From positions 1,216,826-1,280,825 of the forward strand of contig CAYOFQ010000001.1 of the NCBI GenBank assembly GCA_964403585.1: 64,000 bases of DNA, in the 5' to 3' direction. Shown piece after piece: positions 40,884 to 51,003 of the stretch (positions within the stretch are counted from its first letter, which is position 1; every line of letters begins with the position of its first letter). Position numbers and translations under genes: made by a program. Below the pieces are notes generated by a model, which did no database searches, was not told where the DNA came from, and worked only from the letters and a program-made list of their open reading frames with translations. Source of the stretch: an uncultured Gammaproteobacteria bacterium. Its GTDB lineage: Bacteria; Patescibacteriota; Microgenomatia; JALYQM01.

Positions 40884-41963
40884 TTGAGAATAGGTCTACA
40901 ATATGATATAAAAAAGCGTCCCTACATATGCACATCGAACAACTGGATTTTCTTGCACCAACACCATGGAATACAACAATGGAACTCATCAGTAATAACC
41001 CGTACGACGCTGGATGATATGTGGTTCCCTGTTTACTGTGACATGAACCGGGAATGGGTTCACTTGGATCCGTATGTTTTCGGTACGAATGGTTCGGAGA
41101 CAATCGAAGGGCCATTACCTGAACTGATACACGTTCTGGCTAAAGCTATCGGAATTGAAATACCGGTTATCCTTACCACGGAGGAACAGATTTCTGCCGA
41201 TGTTTATGAAGAACAAACCCAACTGGTACCCGGTAACGTTTCTCGGGCTGTCGCACTACGCAAAATTTTGGCACAACACGCTGATCAAGGATACTCACCC
41301 GGACCTGACAATATGGGAGAAGTGCTCGCCGAAGCCGAAGAACAACGAAAAAAGCAGCGGTTCCTGCGCAGAAAAATCGGATTTGCAAAAAAAACGTATC
41401 AGGAAACCGTCTACCATAAACCGCAAATTAACGTAATTCATGTCCTCGATCACCCCTACCAAAGCACTCAATCTCAACTTAATGCATATATGTGGTGGGT
41501 CAATAATTTCTATTATTATGTCATGGCCCGTCCCAACAACGGAACTCAATCAATCACCTATATCACCCGCGACATTGACTCTCCACTTGGATTCCCCAAA
41601 AATGTTCGTTCTCAAGGCGCCTTGCATATAAACACTACCGGCGATACAAATACCTTGCTGGATCTGGCGATTGAACATACTGCATTGCTCAAACAAGGAC
41701 CAAATAGCAAAACACACATCTTCTATTACTCTACACCGGAGCAACATCCCCGCATGCTGGAACAAACCTTAAACCAGGTACAGGCACTGGATTTAGAAAA
41801 CGACTCAATAACACTCTTAGAAGGAGACAATGTGTATCGCCAAAGTCCACTTTACTATCACCTTCACTCTCAAGGTGGTACGCTTCAGGCGGAAAAATTC
41901 GACCCTAATAAGATAGGACAAACTCTCAGCCTTACCCTACGAAACCCCTTTAGATATGCATAG
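40884..41963 (+). CDS. hypothetical protein, 359 aa
   Basis: Long ORF; true start may be an internal Met. Confidence 0.45.
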   Translation: MRIGLQYDIKKRPYICTSNNWIFLHQHHGIQQWNSSVITRTTLDDMWFPVYCDMNREWVHLDPYVFGTNGSETIEGPLPELIHVLAKAIGIEIPVILTTEEQISADVYEEQTQLVPGNVSRAVALRKILAQHADQGYSPGPDNMGEVLAEAEEQRKKQRFLRRKIGFAKKTYQETVYHKPQINVIHVLDHPYQSTQSQLNAYMWWVNNFYYYVMARPNNGTQSITYITRDIDSPLGFPKNVRSQGALHINTTGDTNTLLDLAIEHTALLKQGPNSKTHIFYYSTPEQHPRMLEQTLNQVQALDLENDSITLLEGDNVYRQSPLYYHLHSQGGTLQAEKFDPNKIGQTLSLTLRNPFRYA

Positions 41964-42006
41964 TATTATATTGACAAGCATAATTCTTTACAAATATGCT
42001 TAAGAC

Positions 42007-44835
42007 ATGCTTTCAAAAACGCTGAGCAATTCTCTCCAACGCAATAAAATAGTATTTATCTATGCAATTTTCGCAGCAGTTCTTGGCTTGTCACTCTATT
42101 ACAGCCAGACATCAACAGTAAAAATCAATCAAAAGAAACCTGAGATCTCCGGAACACTTCGGCATATTACCCAACACGTACTCGATCAGGAAAATCCCAT
42201 TGAGCAGGCAGTGCTTGTAACAGAGGGGAAAACATACACTTTGGATTATGGAGATAACCTGGAAGAATATTACAATAAGTATATAACCGTCCAGGGAGAC
42301 ATTAATCAGAATACGCTCATTGCACAAAAAATAGAGCTCTCCACAAACGCTTCGTTGACCGATATTGACTCAAGTGAAGCGCAATCAACAACCGGCGATA
42401 TAAAACCATTAGTACTTCTCATTAATTTCAAGGACAATACGTCAACTCCTTTTAGCAAAGAATTACTTGCTCAGAACATTTTTACCGGAGAAAATTCAGT
42501 AAAAAATTATTTTACTGAAGCTTCATTTGGAAAAACAAAAATTATCGGCGACATAAACAGTGTCAAAGGATGGTATACCATCGACTTGGCAAGCGACAAA
42601 TGTGATACAAATTGGCTTTATGATATGGGTATCAAAGCCAGAGCAAAAGCAGAAGCTGACGGAATTAGCTACAGCAACTACAACTCCTTTATCATCATCC
42701 ATGCTCGAACAGCAGCCTGCAGTACCAAGCTAGACGGAAAAACATATCCAATTGAAGGACTGTCTGAGTTAGGAGGAAGATTGGTCTGGATGAACGGCAA
42801 TGCGAATATCCGACCTATTGCCCATGAAATTGTACATACGATGGGTATCGGACACTCGCATCTCTGTACAGACATTTCCTGCCAAACAATTAGGGAAACC
42901 GGCGACCGGACAGATTTAATGGGAATTTACCAAAACACAGCGCCTTCACATATTAACGCAGCGTTTAAAAATGCTCTTAAATGGATTCCTGAAACCGAAC
43001 CCCGCACAAAAAGACTACTTGGTCCGAAGAAATATGATAATCTAGCGATTTATCCTGTCGAAGAATCAAGTTCTAACACCCAGCTAATAAAAATTGGAAT
43101 TCTCCCCCCTTATTATTCGGCGGACTATACTATTACCTACCGAGTTAAAAAGGACAATAACTTCGACGCTCGGGCAAATATTGAAAACGGAATATATATC
43201 CACCGTTATTCCACACTTGAGTCAACATTCGGGAAACAATCACCCAGTTCAAAATTAGTCAGACATTTGACCCCTGGCAACCCAACATTTACCGATCCGG
43301 AATATAAAGTAACAATCAAATTAATTGGCATGGATTCAACAAAAGCAAACTTGTTTATAGATTACGGGCTTGATGGAACGTTCGTCAACGAACCTGCACC
43401 TAGTCCAAGCGGTACTGCCCCGTCCATCAGCTACTGTTCAGGGCTCGATGCTAAAAATATGCTCTCTAACGCTGTGACTTATTGTTACGGACATGCGAAG
43501 AGCACAACCTGCGCAACTATGGATACAGCTCTTCGAGCATCATATGGACCGGCCAATCTATGCGAACAAAATAAAACCCAGTGTACCAGCGGTGCTTCCA
43601 GCGGGATATGTACTGCCGCAGCCGAATTTCAAAAAGTTACCGATTGGTGTTATAACATCGTACGCAATGATCCGACCGAAGCCGGCAAAGCTGGCGTCAG
43701 CGCAAAATGGTGCAATGATTTCGCGACAGTAACAAGTGATGCCCATGAAGACTGCAACACCTGTTCCGGCGGCACCGGAAGTAATCCTGAAGCCACACCG
43801 AAGATAGTAGCAATCAATGGAGGTATTTGGGATACTAATGGAAATCCGGTGAGTGGAGTAAAAGTAAAAGTTGAAGGCAATGGAGCTAGCGGCGCCTGGA
43901 AACCATACTTCCCGACAACTCGACCAAACGGGACTTTTAGTCAAGGTGGATTTATAGTTAAAGGCGGAAGATATAACGTCTCGGTAGTTGATGTTGAAGC
44001 AAAAACTATTGTTGAGCCTGATACAAAAAATAGAGTTACCGGACAAGATACACCACTTGGATCAGTTGCGTATCTAAATCAACAAGCGGAAAGCGACGAT
44101 TGCACAGAAAGTTGGGGTGGAGCTGATTCTCGATGTATTTTTCTAGTACGAAAACCTTTGGACATCGGAACTGCCAATGACGTTACGACATTCTATTACC
44201 CTTCAAATGACCGAATAGTGGTGCATCGCTCCTATGTAATGAAAGACGGGCGAACTTTCAATTGGAGAAAATGTTCATTTCCTCCTGCAAAAGGATGGCC
44301 TGTTTACTGTGAAGGATATAACAAAACAATGCTGGATACACCTACTCCAATACTCGGGTACGGAGCACTCATGATCTCGAGCAAAGTTCGCCAGGATTTT
44401 ATCGCATCCAACGGACAGACCAGGTACAGTAGAGTCTGCGCATGGAACAAAGAAAAATCTCAGGTTACAACTTGTGGGGCGTATGTTACCGAAAAAATTA
44501 CTGCCCCAACCGCAGTCAGAGACATTAACACGATGATTTTGTTCGGAAAATATCGGGAATCGCTCATTAGCCTTGATGGCAAAAAAACGTATTCAAGGGA
44601 CTGCACACTAGACTTCAGCACCACTGCTTTTTCAAACTGTACAGCATATCAAACATACTCAACTCAAACAATACTTTCTGGCGGTGTTAGTGGTTATGGA
44701 GCACTCCCTTATCGAGATGGGTATGGCAGAACTGCAATTCAGCAAATATTCCTTGGCATGGATGGACGTACATTCCAGGTGGGAAGCTGTGTTGCTCAAT
44801 CCTCCAGCAATATTACCTGCAAGAATGTATTTTAG
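42007..44835 (+). CDS. large secreted/membrane-anchored metzincin-like zinc metalloprotease with Cys-rich C-terminal region
   Basis: N-terminal hydrophobic anchor IVFIYAIFAAVLGLSLYY; IAHEIVHTMGIGHSH fits HExxHxxGxxH; more than 25 Cys in the C-terminal half; 942 aa. Confidence 0.6.
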   Translation: MLSKTLSNSLQRNKIVFIYAIFAAVLGLSLYYSQTSTVKINQKKPEISGTLRHITQHVLDQENPIEQAVLVTEGKTYTLDYGDNLEEYYNKYITVQGDINQNTLIAQKIELSTNASLTDIDSSEAQSTTGDIKPLVLLINFKDNTSTPFSKELLAQNIFTGENSVKNYFTEASFGKTKIIGDINSVKGWYTIDLASDKCDTNWLYDMGIKARAKAEADGISYSNYNSFIIIHARTAACSTKLDGKTYPIEGLSELGGRLVWMNGNANIRPIAHEIVHTMGIGHSHLCTDISCQTIRETGDRTDLMGIYQNTAPSHINAAFKNALKWIPETEPRTKRLLGPKKYDNLAIYPVEESSSNTQLIKIGILPPYYSADYTITYRVKKDNNFDARANIENGIYIHRYSTLESTFGKQSPSSKLVRHLTPGNPTFTDPEYKVTIKLIGMDSTKANLFIDYGLDGTFVNEPAPSPSGTAPSISYCSGLDAKNMLSNAVTYCYGHAKSTTCATMDTALRASYGPANLCEQNKTQCTSGASSGICTAAAEFQKVTDWCYNIVRNDPTEAGKAGVSAKWCNDFATVTSDAHEDCNTCSGGTGSNPEATPKIVAINGGIWDTNGNPVSGVKVKVEGNGASGAWKPYFPTTRPNGTFSQGGFIVKGGRYNVSVVDVEAKTIVEPDTKNRVTGQDTPLGSVAYLNQQAESDDCTESWGGADSRCIFLVRKPLDIGTANDVTTFYYPSNDRIVVHRSYVMKDGRTFNWRKCSFPPAKGWPVYCEGYNKTMLDTPTPILGYGALMISSKVRQDFIASNGQTRYSRVCAWNKEKSQVTTCGAYVTEKITAPTAVRDINTMILFGKYRESLISLDGKKTYSRDCTLDFSTTAFSNCTAYQTYSTQTILSGGVSGYGALPYRDGYGRTAIQQIFLGMDGRTFQVGSCVAQSSSNITCKNVF

Positions 44836-44845
44836 GAAATTGGGA

Positions 44846-45880
44846 TTACCAACCACCGCTGGAACCACCACCGCCACTTGATCCACCGCCAAATCCACCA
44901 AACCCGCCCCCACTAGAACCACGTCCCCAACCTCCACCACCAAAACCGCCATAAGAATGGAACCAATCAGTTGGTCGACCATTTCTTGAAAGACGCTGAT
45001 AATTTCGGGACAGAATCCAATCCAAAATTAAGCCCAAAATTCCACCAGCGACGACAGCACTGAGAATAAATCCAGTACTACCGAGAATAAATCCGAGTAT
45101 TCCTCCACCAATTCCTCCTACCAAACCACCAAACATTACATCTTTTGTTCTCGCCATATAACTGGCCATATAAATTAAGGCCATCGGTATAAGAAAAATA
45201 AACTCACCAAAGTTTGAAAGAATCGAATCAAACGTTGATCCCGTTGCTTTACGAACAGGGTTATTTCCGATACCTTGTGAAACACCATCTTCAGGGGAGC
45301 CGATTTCCTCCATTATGGCATGCGTTCCGTCAACAATCCCCTGTTCAAATTTTGACTCCCGAAAACGGGGGGCCACAACTGATCGAATTATCTCACCCGC
45401 ATCTCCGTCAGTCATAACCCCTTCCAGACCATAACCGACTTCAATTCGAATTTTTCGCTCATTTTTACTTATTAAAAATATAATCCCGTTATCTTTATCT
45501 TTTTTTCCTACTTTCCAGGTATCCATAAGTCCGATCCCATACTCTTCAAGCGTTTGTTCTCCCAGCGTATCAATCGTTACCACTGCGATCTCATTAGTCG
45601 TTTTTTGTTCATATTGAGTTAATTCCTGCTCCAGTTGTTGCCTGCCACCGCTTGAAAGCATCTGGGCATAGTCATTGACATACCCCTGATACGCAGGATA
45701 TGCTGCTCCGAAACATAAAGCGGCAAAAAGGAAAAAGTCGAGAAAAAACAGGACCACTCCAACGCCGAGTTTGTATAAGTAGTAGAAAAATCCATGCACC
45801 TGTTTGGCTGTCGAAGCCACTGCTCTCCGACGCACATTGGAAATTCGTGAATGCAACCGCTTCAGATGTTTACGCGACAT
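44846..45880 (-). CDS. TPM-domain protein (YgcG-like) with Gly-rich C-terminal tail
   Basis: TPM core ...NEIAVVTIDTLGEQTLEEYG...GIIFLISKNERKIRIEVGYGLEG...; tail GGFGGGGWGRGSSGGGFGGFGGG. Confidence 0.75.
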   Translation of the reverse strand: MSRKHLKRLHSRISNVRRRAVASTAKQVHGFFYYLYKLGVGVVLFFLDFFLFAALCFGAAYPAYQGYVNDYAQMLSSGGRQQLEQELTQYEQKTTNEIAVVTIDTLGEQTLEEYGIGLMDTWKVGKKDKDNGIIFLISKNERKIRIEVGYGLEGVMTDGDAGEIIRSVVAPRFRESKFEQGIVDGTHAIMEEIGSPEDGVSQGIGNNPVRKATGSTFDSILSNFGEFIFLIPMALIYMASYMARTKDVMFGGLVGGIGGGILGFILGSTGFILSAVVAGGILGLILDWILSRNYQRLSRNGRPTDWFHSYGGFGGGGWGRGSSGGGFGGFGGGSSGGGGSSGGW

Positions 45881-45900
45881 ACCCCACCTCTCGCGATTAA

Positions 45901-46461
45901 TTAGAATTCAACCTTCGGTGCCTGATCAGCACCGCTCTGCGCTTCAAAATATTTCTTCTCATCAAACCCCATCATGCCTGCCACCAGGACTGTTGGAAAC
46001 TTCTTCAGCGACGTATTGTAATCCTGTACACTGTCATTGTAACGCTTACGTTCGACAGAGATACGGTTCTCAGTTCCTGCTAATTCATCCATCAGTCGGG
46101 CTACCGTTGCATCACTTTTGATATTCGGATATTGTTCAACGATCACCAGCAATCTGCTCAAAGTGCTTTCCAGATTATTTGCCGCTGCGACTTTATCCTC
46201 AGTCGATTGAGCTCCGGCATATCGTGTACGGGCGTCAGCTATGTCTTTATAAATAGTCTGCTCCTGCTGGAAAAATCCCTTAGTAGACTCTACGAGATTT
46301 GGAATTAAATCAAACCGACGTTGATATTGCGTTTGAACTTGCGCCCATTGCGCATCAACTGCCTGGCTTTTTGACACCAGCGAATTATAGGTTCCACCGA
46401 ATATGAGACCTAAGATTAATAAGATACCGACGATAACACCTACCGGCATGAGCCATTTCAT
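45901..46461 (-). CDS. lemA: LemA-family protein
   Basis: N-terminal TM then LemA-type region TYNSLVSKSQAVDAQWAQVQTQYQRRFDLIPNLVE; adjacent to the TPM protein (common pairing). Confidence 0.8.
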   Translation of the reverse strand: MKWLMPVGVIVGILLILGLIFGGTYNSLVSKSQAVDAQWAQVQTQYQRRFDLIPNLVESTKGFFQQEQTIYKDIADARTRYAGAQSTEDKVAAANNLESTLSRLLVIVEQYPNIKSDATVARLMDELAGTENRISVERKRYNDSVQDYNTSLKKFPTVLVAGMMGFDEKKYFEAQSGADQAPKVEF

Positions 46462-46501
46462 AGTTCCTCCTATTCCAAAGATGCTATGCTAAAATTACTA
46501 T

Positions 46502-47299
46502 ATGATTCCTTCACCACCACTCAACGCAGTGCATCTTGGACCAGTAACAATTCATTTATATGGCTTTATTATAGCACTCGCCATAACTATATGTTATATC
46601 CTTGCATTAAAAATTGCAAAAGAAAAAGGGTTCTCTTCTGATGACGTTGATTCATACTTCTTCACAACGATACCAGTCGCACTCATATTCGCCCGTGGAT
46701 ATCACGTCTTTACCAACTGGAGTATTTACGCGAAAAATCCACTGAGCATTTTTGCAGTTTGGAATGGGGGGCTCGGAATTTTAGGTGCAATTATCGGCGG
46801 AGCGCTCACACTATTCTACTTGAGCAAAAAAACTAAGCATAATTTCATAGCGATAGCCGACTTTATCTTCCCCCTACTTGCCCTAGGACAAGCTATCGGG
46901 CGCTGGGGGAATTATTTTAACCAGGAGTTATACGGTAGTCCAAGCACTCTTCCCTGGGCAGTTCATATTGACGAGATCAACCGGCTTCCGGCTGTCAAAC
47001 AATACCCAACGTTTCACCCTACTTTTCTCTATGAGTCTTTATTAAACTTTATCAATTTCGGGATTTTGTGGGTTATATACCGGAAATATTCGCCACGCGG
47101 AGGAATTGTGACGAGCTTATACTTACTGAACTACGGGATCATCCGTTTCCTCGTCGAATTGGTCAAACTTGATCCGGATACCGACAGCAAAATTGGATTA
47201 TTACGTGTACCTCAATATCTCGCACTACTTCTGGTTAGTATCGGTGTTGTTCTCGCAATAAGATCATTCCACCAGAAAAAGATCGAGCATCGCGTTTGA
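46502..47299 (+). CDS. lgt: prolipoprotein diacylglyceryl transferase
   Basis: GRWGNYFNQELYG signature, multi-TM; 265 aa. Confidence 0.85.
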   Translation: MIPSPPLNAVHLGPVTIHLYGFIIALAITICYILALKIAKEKGFSSDDVDSYFFTTIPVALIFARGYHVFTNWSIYAKNPLSIFAVWNGGLGILGAIIGGALTLFYLSKKTKHNFIAIADFIFPLLALGQAIGRWGNYFNQELYGSPSTLPWAVHIDEINRLPAVKQYPTFHPTFLYESLLNFINFGILWVIYRKYSPRGGIVTSLYLLNYGIIRFLVELVKLDPDTDSKIGLLRVPQYLALLLVSIGVVLAIRSFHQKKIEHRV

Positions 47300-47920
47300 G
47301 TTTGGTGTGTGATCAACAGGGGGATTGAGATCTTTCGTATGATACCCCGAAGTTCCATCTTTACCACAATATTTAACTAGTGGATCCTTGCCTCCCGGGT
47401 GTAAAGTCATATAGTCGCTGACATTATAGATTTTGTGATCAATAACCATCCAGCAGTCATTCTGCGTATTATGTGAAGCAACTCGAACTAATTGCGGATC
47501 CGGAGGCTGAGTCGGCACCGGGGTTGGCGTAGGTGTCGGTGTTGGTGTCGGAGCCTGAGTAGGGGCTGGCGTCGGTGTCGGCGTAGCTGTTGGCTGAGTA
47601 GTTGCAGTAGTCGTGGCCGTGGCTGCTACAGCCGAAGGCTTTGGTGTCGCGGTTGGCTTCCTGGTAGGCGTTGGAGAAGGAGTAGGCGTTGCAATATCAT
47701 CGGGAGTTTCCGCTACCTCAGGAGAGTTCGTCAGGAATTCATCGGTCGGGGCTGGTGATAGTACCGCGGCTACCTCGGTAGGATTCGGTGAGGCCGATTT
47801 TTTGCCATTTTTTGATGAATTGGCTACAACCGATCGTTGCGAAAAATACACTACTACCAGCAAAATACAAACAAAGTTAATTATGCTAATCCGAATCAAA
47901 ATTAATAAATACGATTTCAT
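47264..47920 (-). CDS. membrane-anchored secreted protein with Pro/Thr-rich linker and C-terminal cytochrome-b5-like heme-binding domain
   Basis: N-terminal TM; PT linker; HNTQNDCWMVIDHKIYNVSDYMTLHPGG...GKDGTSGYH matches the cyt-b5 pattern [FY]-x-x-x-H-P-G-G plus the distal His. Start at 47920 lies 1 nt from the NOX-like stop (47922). Confidence 0.65.
   Translation of the reverse strand: MKSYLLILIRISIINFVCILLVVVYFSQRSVVANSSKNGKKSASPNPTEVAAVLSPAPTDEFLTNSPEVAETPDDIATPTPSPTPTRKPTATPKPSAVAATATTTATTQPTATPTPTPAPTQAPTPTPTPTPTPVPTQPPDPQLVRVASHNTQNDCWMVIDHKIYNVSDYMTLHPGGKDPLVKYCGKDGTSGYHTKDLNPPVDHTPNSNAMLDLFLVE
47483..47700. repeat. low-complexity ACN/CCN codon repeat encoding the Pro/Thr linker
   Basis: Repeated ggtgtcgg/ggtgttgg units on the plus strand (= TPTPTPTP on the minus). 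Confidence 0.6.
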
Positions 47921-47921
47921 A

Positions 47922-49229
47922 CTATAAAATATTAAAGTCCTCAAAAATAATGTCTTTCTCGTCAACCCCTCGAGATATAAACTGATTTTGTAAGCTCTTC
48001 ATCATTGGTTGTGGTCCACACATTAGTATCGTATACCCCGCGAGCGAACCGACAGTTCTCCAAATAGCGTCCCCATTCAGCCTCCCCTGGTCATGCGACG
48101 CCCACGGAATAAAACGTACCGATGGAGTATATGAAGTAAGGGTGTTTATTTCATCAACAAAAACCGCTTCTTGGGAATTTTTAAACGAATAAAATAATAC
48201 AATATTTCGAGATTTGGGATATACTGATTCAAAACGTAACATACTCAAAAATGGAGTAATTCCAATTCCGCCCCCAATAAACAACAAATTTTTATCTCCT
48301 TTCATATACGCACTACCAAACCGGCCATACGGACCGAAAATATGGGCGAAATCTCCCGGAGCCAGTTCTGTTAACCGCTTCGTGTAGTCACCCAAAATCT
48401 TAGCGCTTACTCTAATACCCTCTTCCCATGGAGCCGATGAAAATGAAAAAGGATGTAATTCATTCCCCAACTTTTGATTATCAAAACGTATATAAATAAA
48501 CTGTCCTGGGACAAATTTGATGGCTTTTTCTTCAGGTTTCAAATATATACTAAACACGTCACCCGTCCTGGTGATGTTCTCTATAACATATTTATAACGT
48601 GGACCAAACTTACGATATAAAAAAAGAATATATAAGGAAGAAAATATCCCAATAGCAATAAAAATATAGGTCCACCCACGAAGCAGTGCATTTCTGGTTA
48701 CATCGCTGGGGATATATACCGTATGAAGGCTACCCAAAATAAAAGATACAACTAACAGTCGGTGAGACCACAACCACGCACTATACGAAACCTTTATAAA
48801 CCCAATAAAAATAAAAGACAGGATCATTGAATATATCGCTGCAATTCCAAGATTATAGGCTAAATCACTACTCGGAAAAATATAAAACAAAGCCAACTTA
48901 AAATGAGGTAAATAATGGATTACTAGGAATAACGGGTGATTAATTAGGAAAATAAAGGAAATTCCACCAATAATATGATGCAGCACATAGTCTGAATCAA
49001 GCCCACCGAATATGTCTTCAAGAATCGCCAAACGCGTTGAGAATAACAAAGCAACAGAACAAAGCACTAACCCTAACAATGACAGAATTTGACTAACAGC
49101 TAGGAAGGGTTGTGTAGAAATTATCGCAAGATCGTCCTTCGAGAGTAACCAAAACGCAATTGTATTGACACAACAAAGTATGAGTATCGTGTACCCCAAT
49201 GCTTTATACATAGCACCATGATAATGCAT
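47922..49229 (-). CDS. ferric-reductase / NADPH-oxidase (NOX/FRE) family flavocytochrome: TM bis-heme domain + FAD-binding + NAD(P)H-binding domains
   Basis: Two His-x13-His pairs in TM helices (HHIIGGISFIFLINH; HRLLVVSFILGSLH); FAD motif HPFSFSS; NAD(P)H motif GGGIGITPF; 435 aa. Confidence 0.8.
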   Translation of the reverse strand: MHYHGAMYKALGYTILILCCVNTIAFWLLSKDDLAIISTQPFLAVSQILSLLGLVLCSVALLFSTRLAILEDIFGGLDSDYVLHHIIGGISFIFLINHPLFLVIHYLPHFKLALFYIFPSSDLAYNLGIAAIYSMILSFIFIGFIKVSYSAWLWSHRLLVVSFILGSLHTVYIPSDVTRNALLRGWTYIFIAIGIFSSLYILFLYRKFGPRYKYVIENITRTGDVFSIYLKPEEKAIKFVPGQFIYIRFDNQKLGNELHPFSFSSAPWEEGIRVSAKILGDYTKRLTELAPGDFAHIFGPYGRFGSAYMKGDKNLLFIGGGIGITPFLSMLRFESVYPKSRNIVLFYSFKNSQEAVFVDEINTLTSYTPSVRFIPWASHDQGRLNGDAIWRTVGSLAGYTILMCGPQPMMKSLQNQFISRGVDEKDIIFEDFNIL

Positions 49230-49353
49230 TACGTTGCAGACAACAACCGAGTTACCGCAAACAAGATGATGCTAATTGTAATAGCAAACAAAAGCAGAGC
49301 CAGCAGCACAGTCAGCGAAGTAGTTATAAGTTTAGAGACTTTCATAAAATCAA

Positions 49354-49383
49354 TTGACAACCCTTAAAAAACTGACGTATAGT
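49354..49383 (+). promoter_or_regulatory. putative promoter for the 49404 gene
   Basis: TTGACA-N18-TATAGT about 20 nt upstream of the ATG. Confidence 0.35.
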
Positions 49384-49403
49384 CTTAGTAGCTATAGTAT
49401 TGT

Positions 49404-50417
49404 ATGAAAAATAGAAAACTAAATCAAAACCTGACAGTGGTAATTGCCGCGTTTATTTTTGCAGTTATACTTTATTCTGGATCACGAATTCTACGAAGTA
49501 ATCCTGAAAGTATTAATACCGCCGAGTTGCTCAATGCCCAAACAAGCTGTAATACATCCTTCTTTTCAATAATTAGTCCGGCCGGTTGGAACTTTACCAA
49601 GAGCTGTCTCCAAAATAACCTTCAAATCTACTCTACAGACAGCCGTTTTTTGTTTTTTCAACCGTCTACTGAACTTAACAATGCTGTAACTATAAAAACA
49701 CCAAACAGTGAAATAAAAGATAACACTAATTTAAATTGGTCGATCAATGTTACAAGCAGCGCCAAACTGATTGTAATGCCACGACATATTCCGGGATTAA
49801 CCGCACCGGCTTGGATTAGGAACGGGTATACACGACAAACAACGGATGATCTGTCACAGATAGCCCAATTTAGTAAGCGAAAAAATGACCAGGGCCTGAT
49901 TGGTCTTTATGATATTTATACCCGAAACATCGGGCCGGGCACAGTTATATTACAAGGGGCTTCTGATGCTACAACTCCTGCATATTCAATGTACCTCGTA
50001 GCGTTGATTCCAGGCACCATCACAACACCGACAGCAACCCCGACTCCGTCACCTACGCCATCACGATCTCCTTCGCCAACACCAACGGCTAACCCCAGTC
50101 TGCCTCCCGCCAATCTTTTGGCTATTGCGTCCCAACATGTGAATCCGCCGGCAGATTGTTGGACTGTATACCGTGCTTCCGATGGCTGGCACCTCTATAA
50201 CATCTCTCCGTATTTCTCGGTCGTAGTAAACGGGAAAACGATTAAGCAGCACCCGGGAAGCGACGCAGATTTGGCCTGGGCCTGCGGCAAAGACATGACC
50301 GATGTATTTAACAAGGGTGCCAAAACTGCTGGGGTTTCTGGACACGGCGATAAAGCACATCTCAGCCATTCTTCGGCTACTAACAAATTAAAGGAATTAC
50401 GCGTACCCGGGTATTAA
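49404..50417 (+). CDS. secreted protein with Pro/Thr/Ser-rich linker and C-terminal cytochrome-b5-like domain (second copy, divergent)
   Basis: N-terminal anchor VVIAAFIFAVILY; linker TPTATPTPSPTPSRSPSPTP; C-terminal ADCWTVYRASDGWHLYNISPY...QHPGS...GKDMTDVFNKG...HG resembles HPGG...GxDATxxF...H of cyt b5. Confidence 0.55.
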   Translation: MKNRKLNQNLTVVIAAFIFAVILYSGSRILRSNPESINTAELLNAQTSCNTSFFSIISPAGWNFTKSCLQNNLQIYSTDSRFLFFQPSTELNNAVTIKTPNSEIKDNTNLNWSINVTSSAKLIVMPRHIPGLTAPAWIRNGYTRQTTDDLSQIAQFSKRKNDQGLIGLYDIYTRNIGPGTVILQGASDATTPAYSMYLVALIPGTITTPTATPTPSPTPSRSPSPTPTANPSLPPANLLAIASQHVNPPADCWTVYRASDGWHLYNISPYFSVVVNGKTIKQHPGSDADLAWACGKDMTDVFNKGAKTAGVSGHGDKAHLSHSSATNKLKELRVPGY

Positions 50418-50419
50418 AT

Positions 50420-50977
50420 ATGACAACGATTTTTGGATACATTTTGCTCGGAATATATCACGCGGTAATAGTAATTCCAATGTTTTATATAATTCCGCAG
50501 GCGCTAATTATAGCAGGATATTTATTCAACCTGAAAAAATGGAATAAGAAGTACATTCAGCATTTCGTTATTAATTCAGGTACTACATTTATCACCGCCA
50601 CGATAATTACTCATTTATACTTTTTACTGCGTCCTTTCGTAAACGTCTTCGAGTCAATTTCAATAATCTACACCCCGCTAACTATCGTGCTAATGCTGCT
50701 TTTTGTACTCATACCATTCCTTCCAATTCCAATATCCTATTACGTCAACAAGCGATTAACTAAGAAGAAAGAGCGAAAACTGTTCTACTTCTCCGCTGCC
50801 TACTTTTTTTATGCGCTCCTGCTATGTATCTTTTTCATCAAAAACTCACACTCGGTATATTTTCCGGAAGAACTACTTTTAAAACCGCTGCTCGTTCCTA
50901 ATCTCGTTAACTTTACCGAGATATTCGACATCCTCCAAAGCCGACTTTTTCTCGATCTATTCACCATTTTCGCTTAA
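50420..50977 (+). CDS. hydrophobic polytopic membrane protein, unknown function
   Basis: 185 aa, AT-rich, starts 3 nt after the 49404..50417 stop. Confidence 0.5.
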   Translation: MTTIFGYILLGIYHAVIVIPMFYIIPQALIIAGYLFNLKKWNKKYIQHFVINSGTTFITATIITHLYFLLRPFVNVFESISIIYTPLTIVLMLLFVLIPFLPIPISYYVNKRLTKKKERKLFYFSAAYFFYALLLCIFFIKNSHSVYFPEELLLKPLLVPNLVNFTEIFDILQSRLFLDLFTIFA

Positions 50978-51003
50978 ACCGCCTATAAAATAATTATTGC
51001 TCT

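Noticed and set aside
47492-47927. Arg/Trp/Cys-rich plus-strand ORFs (47492..47758, 47613..47927)
   Set aside because: Alternate-frame translations of the Pro/Thr-linker repeat on the minus strand.
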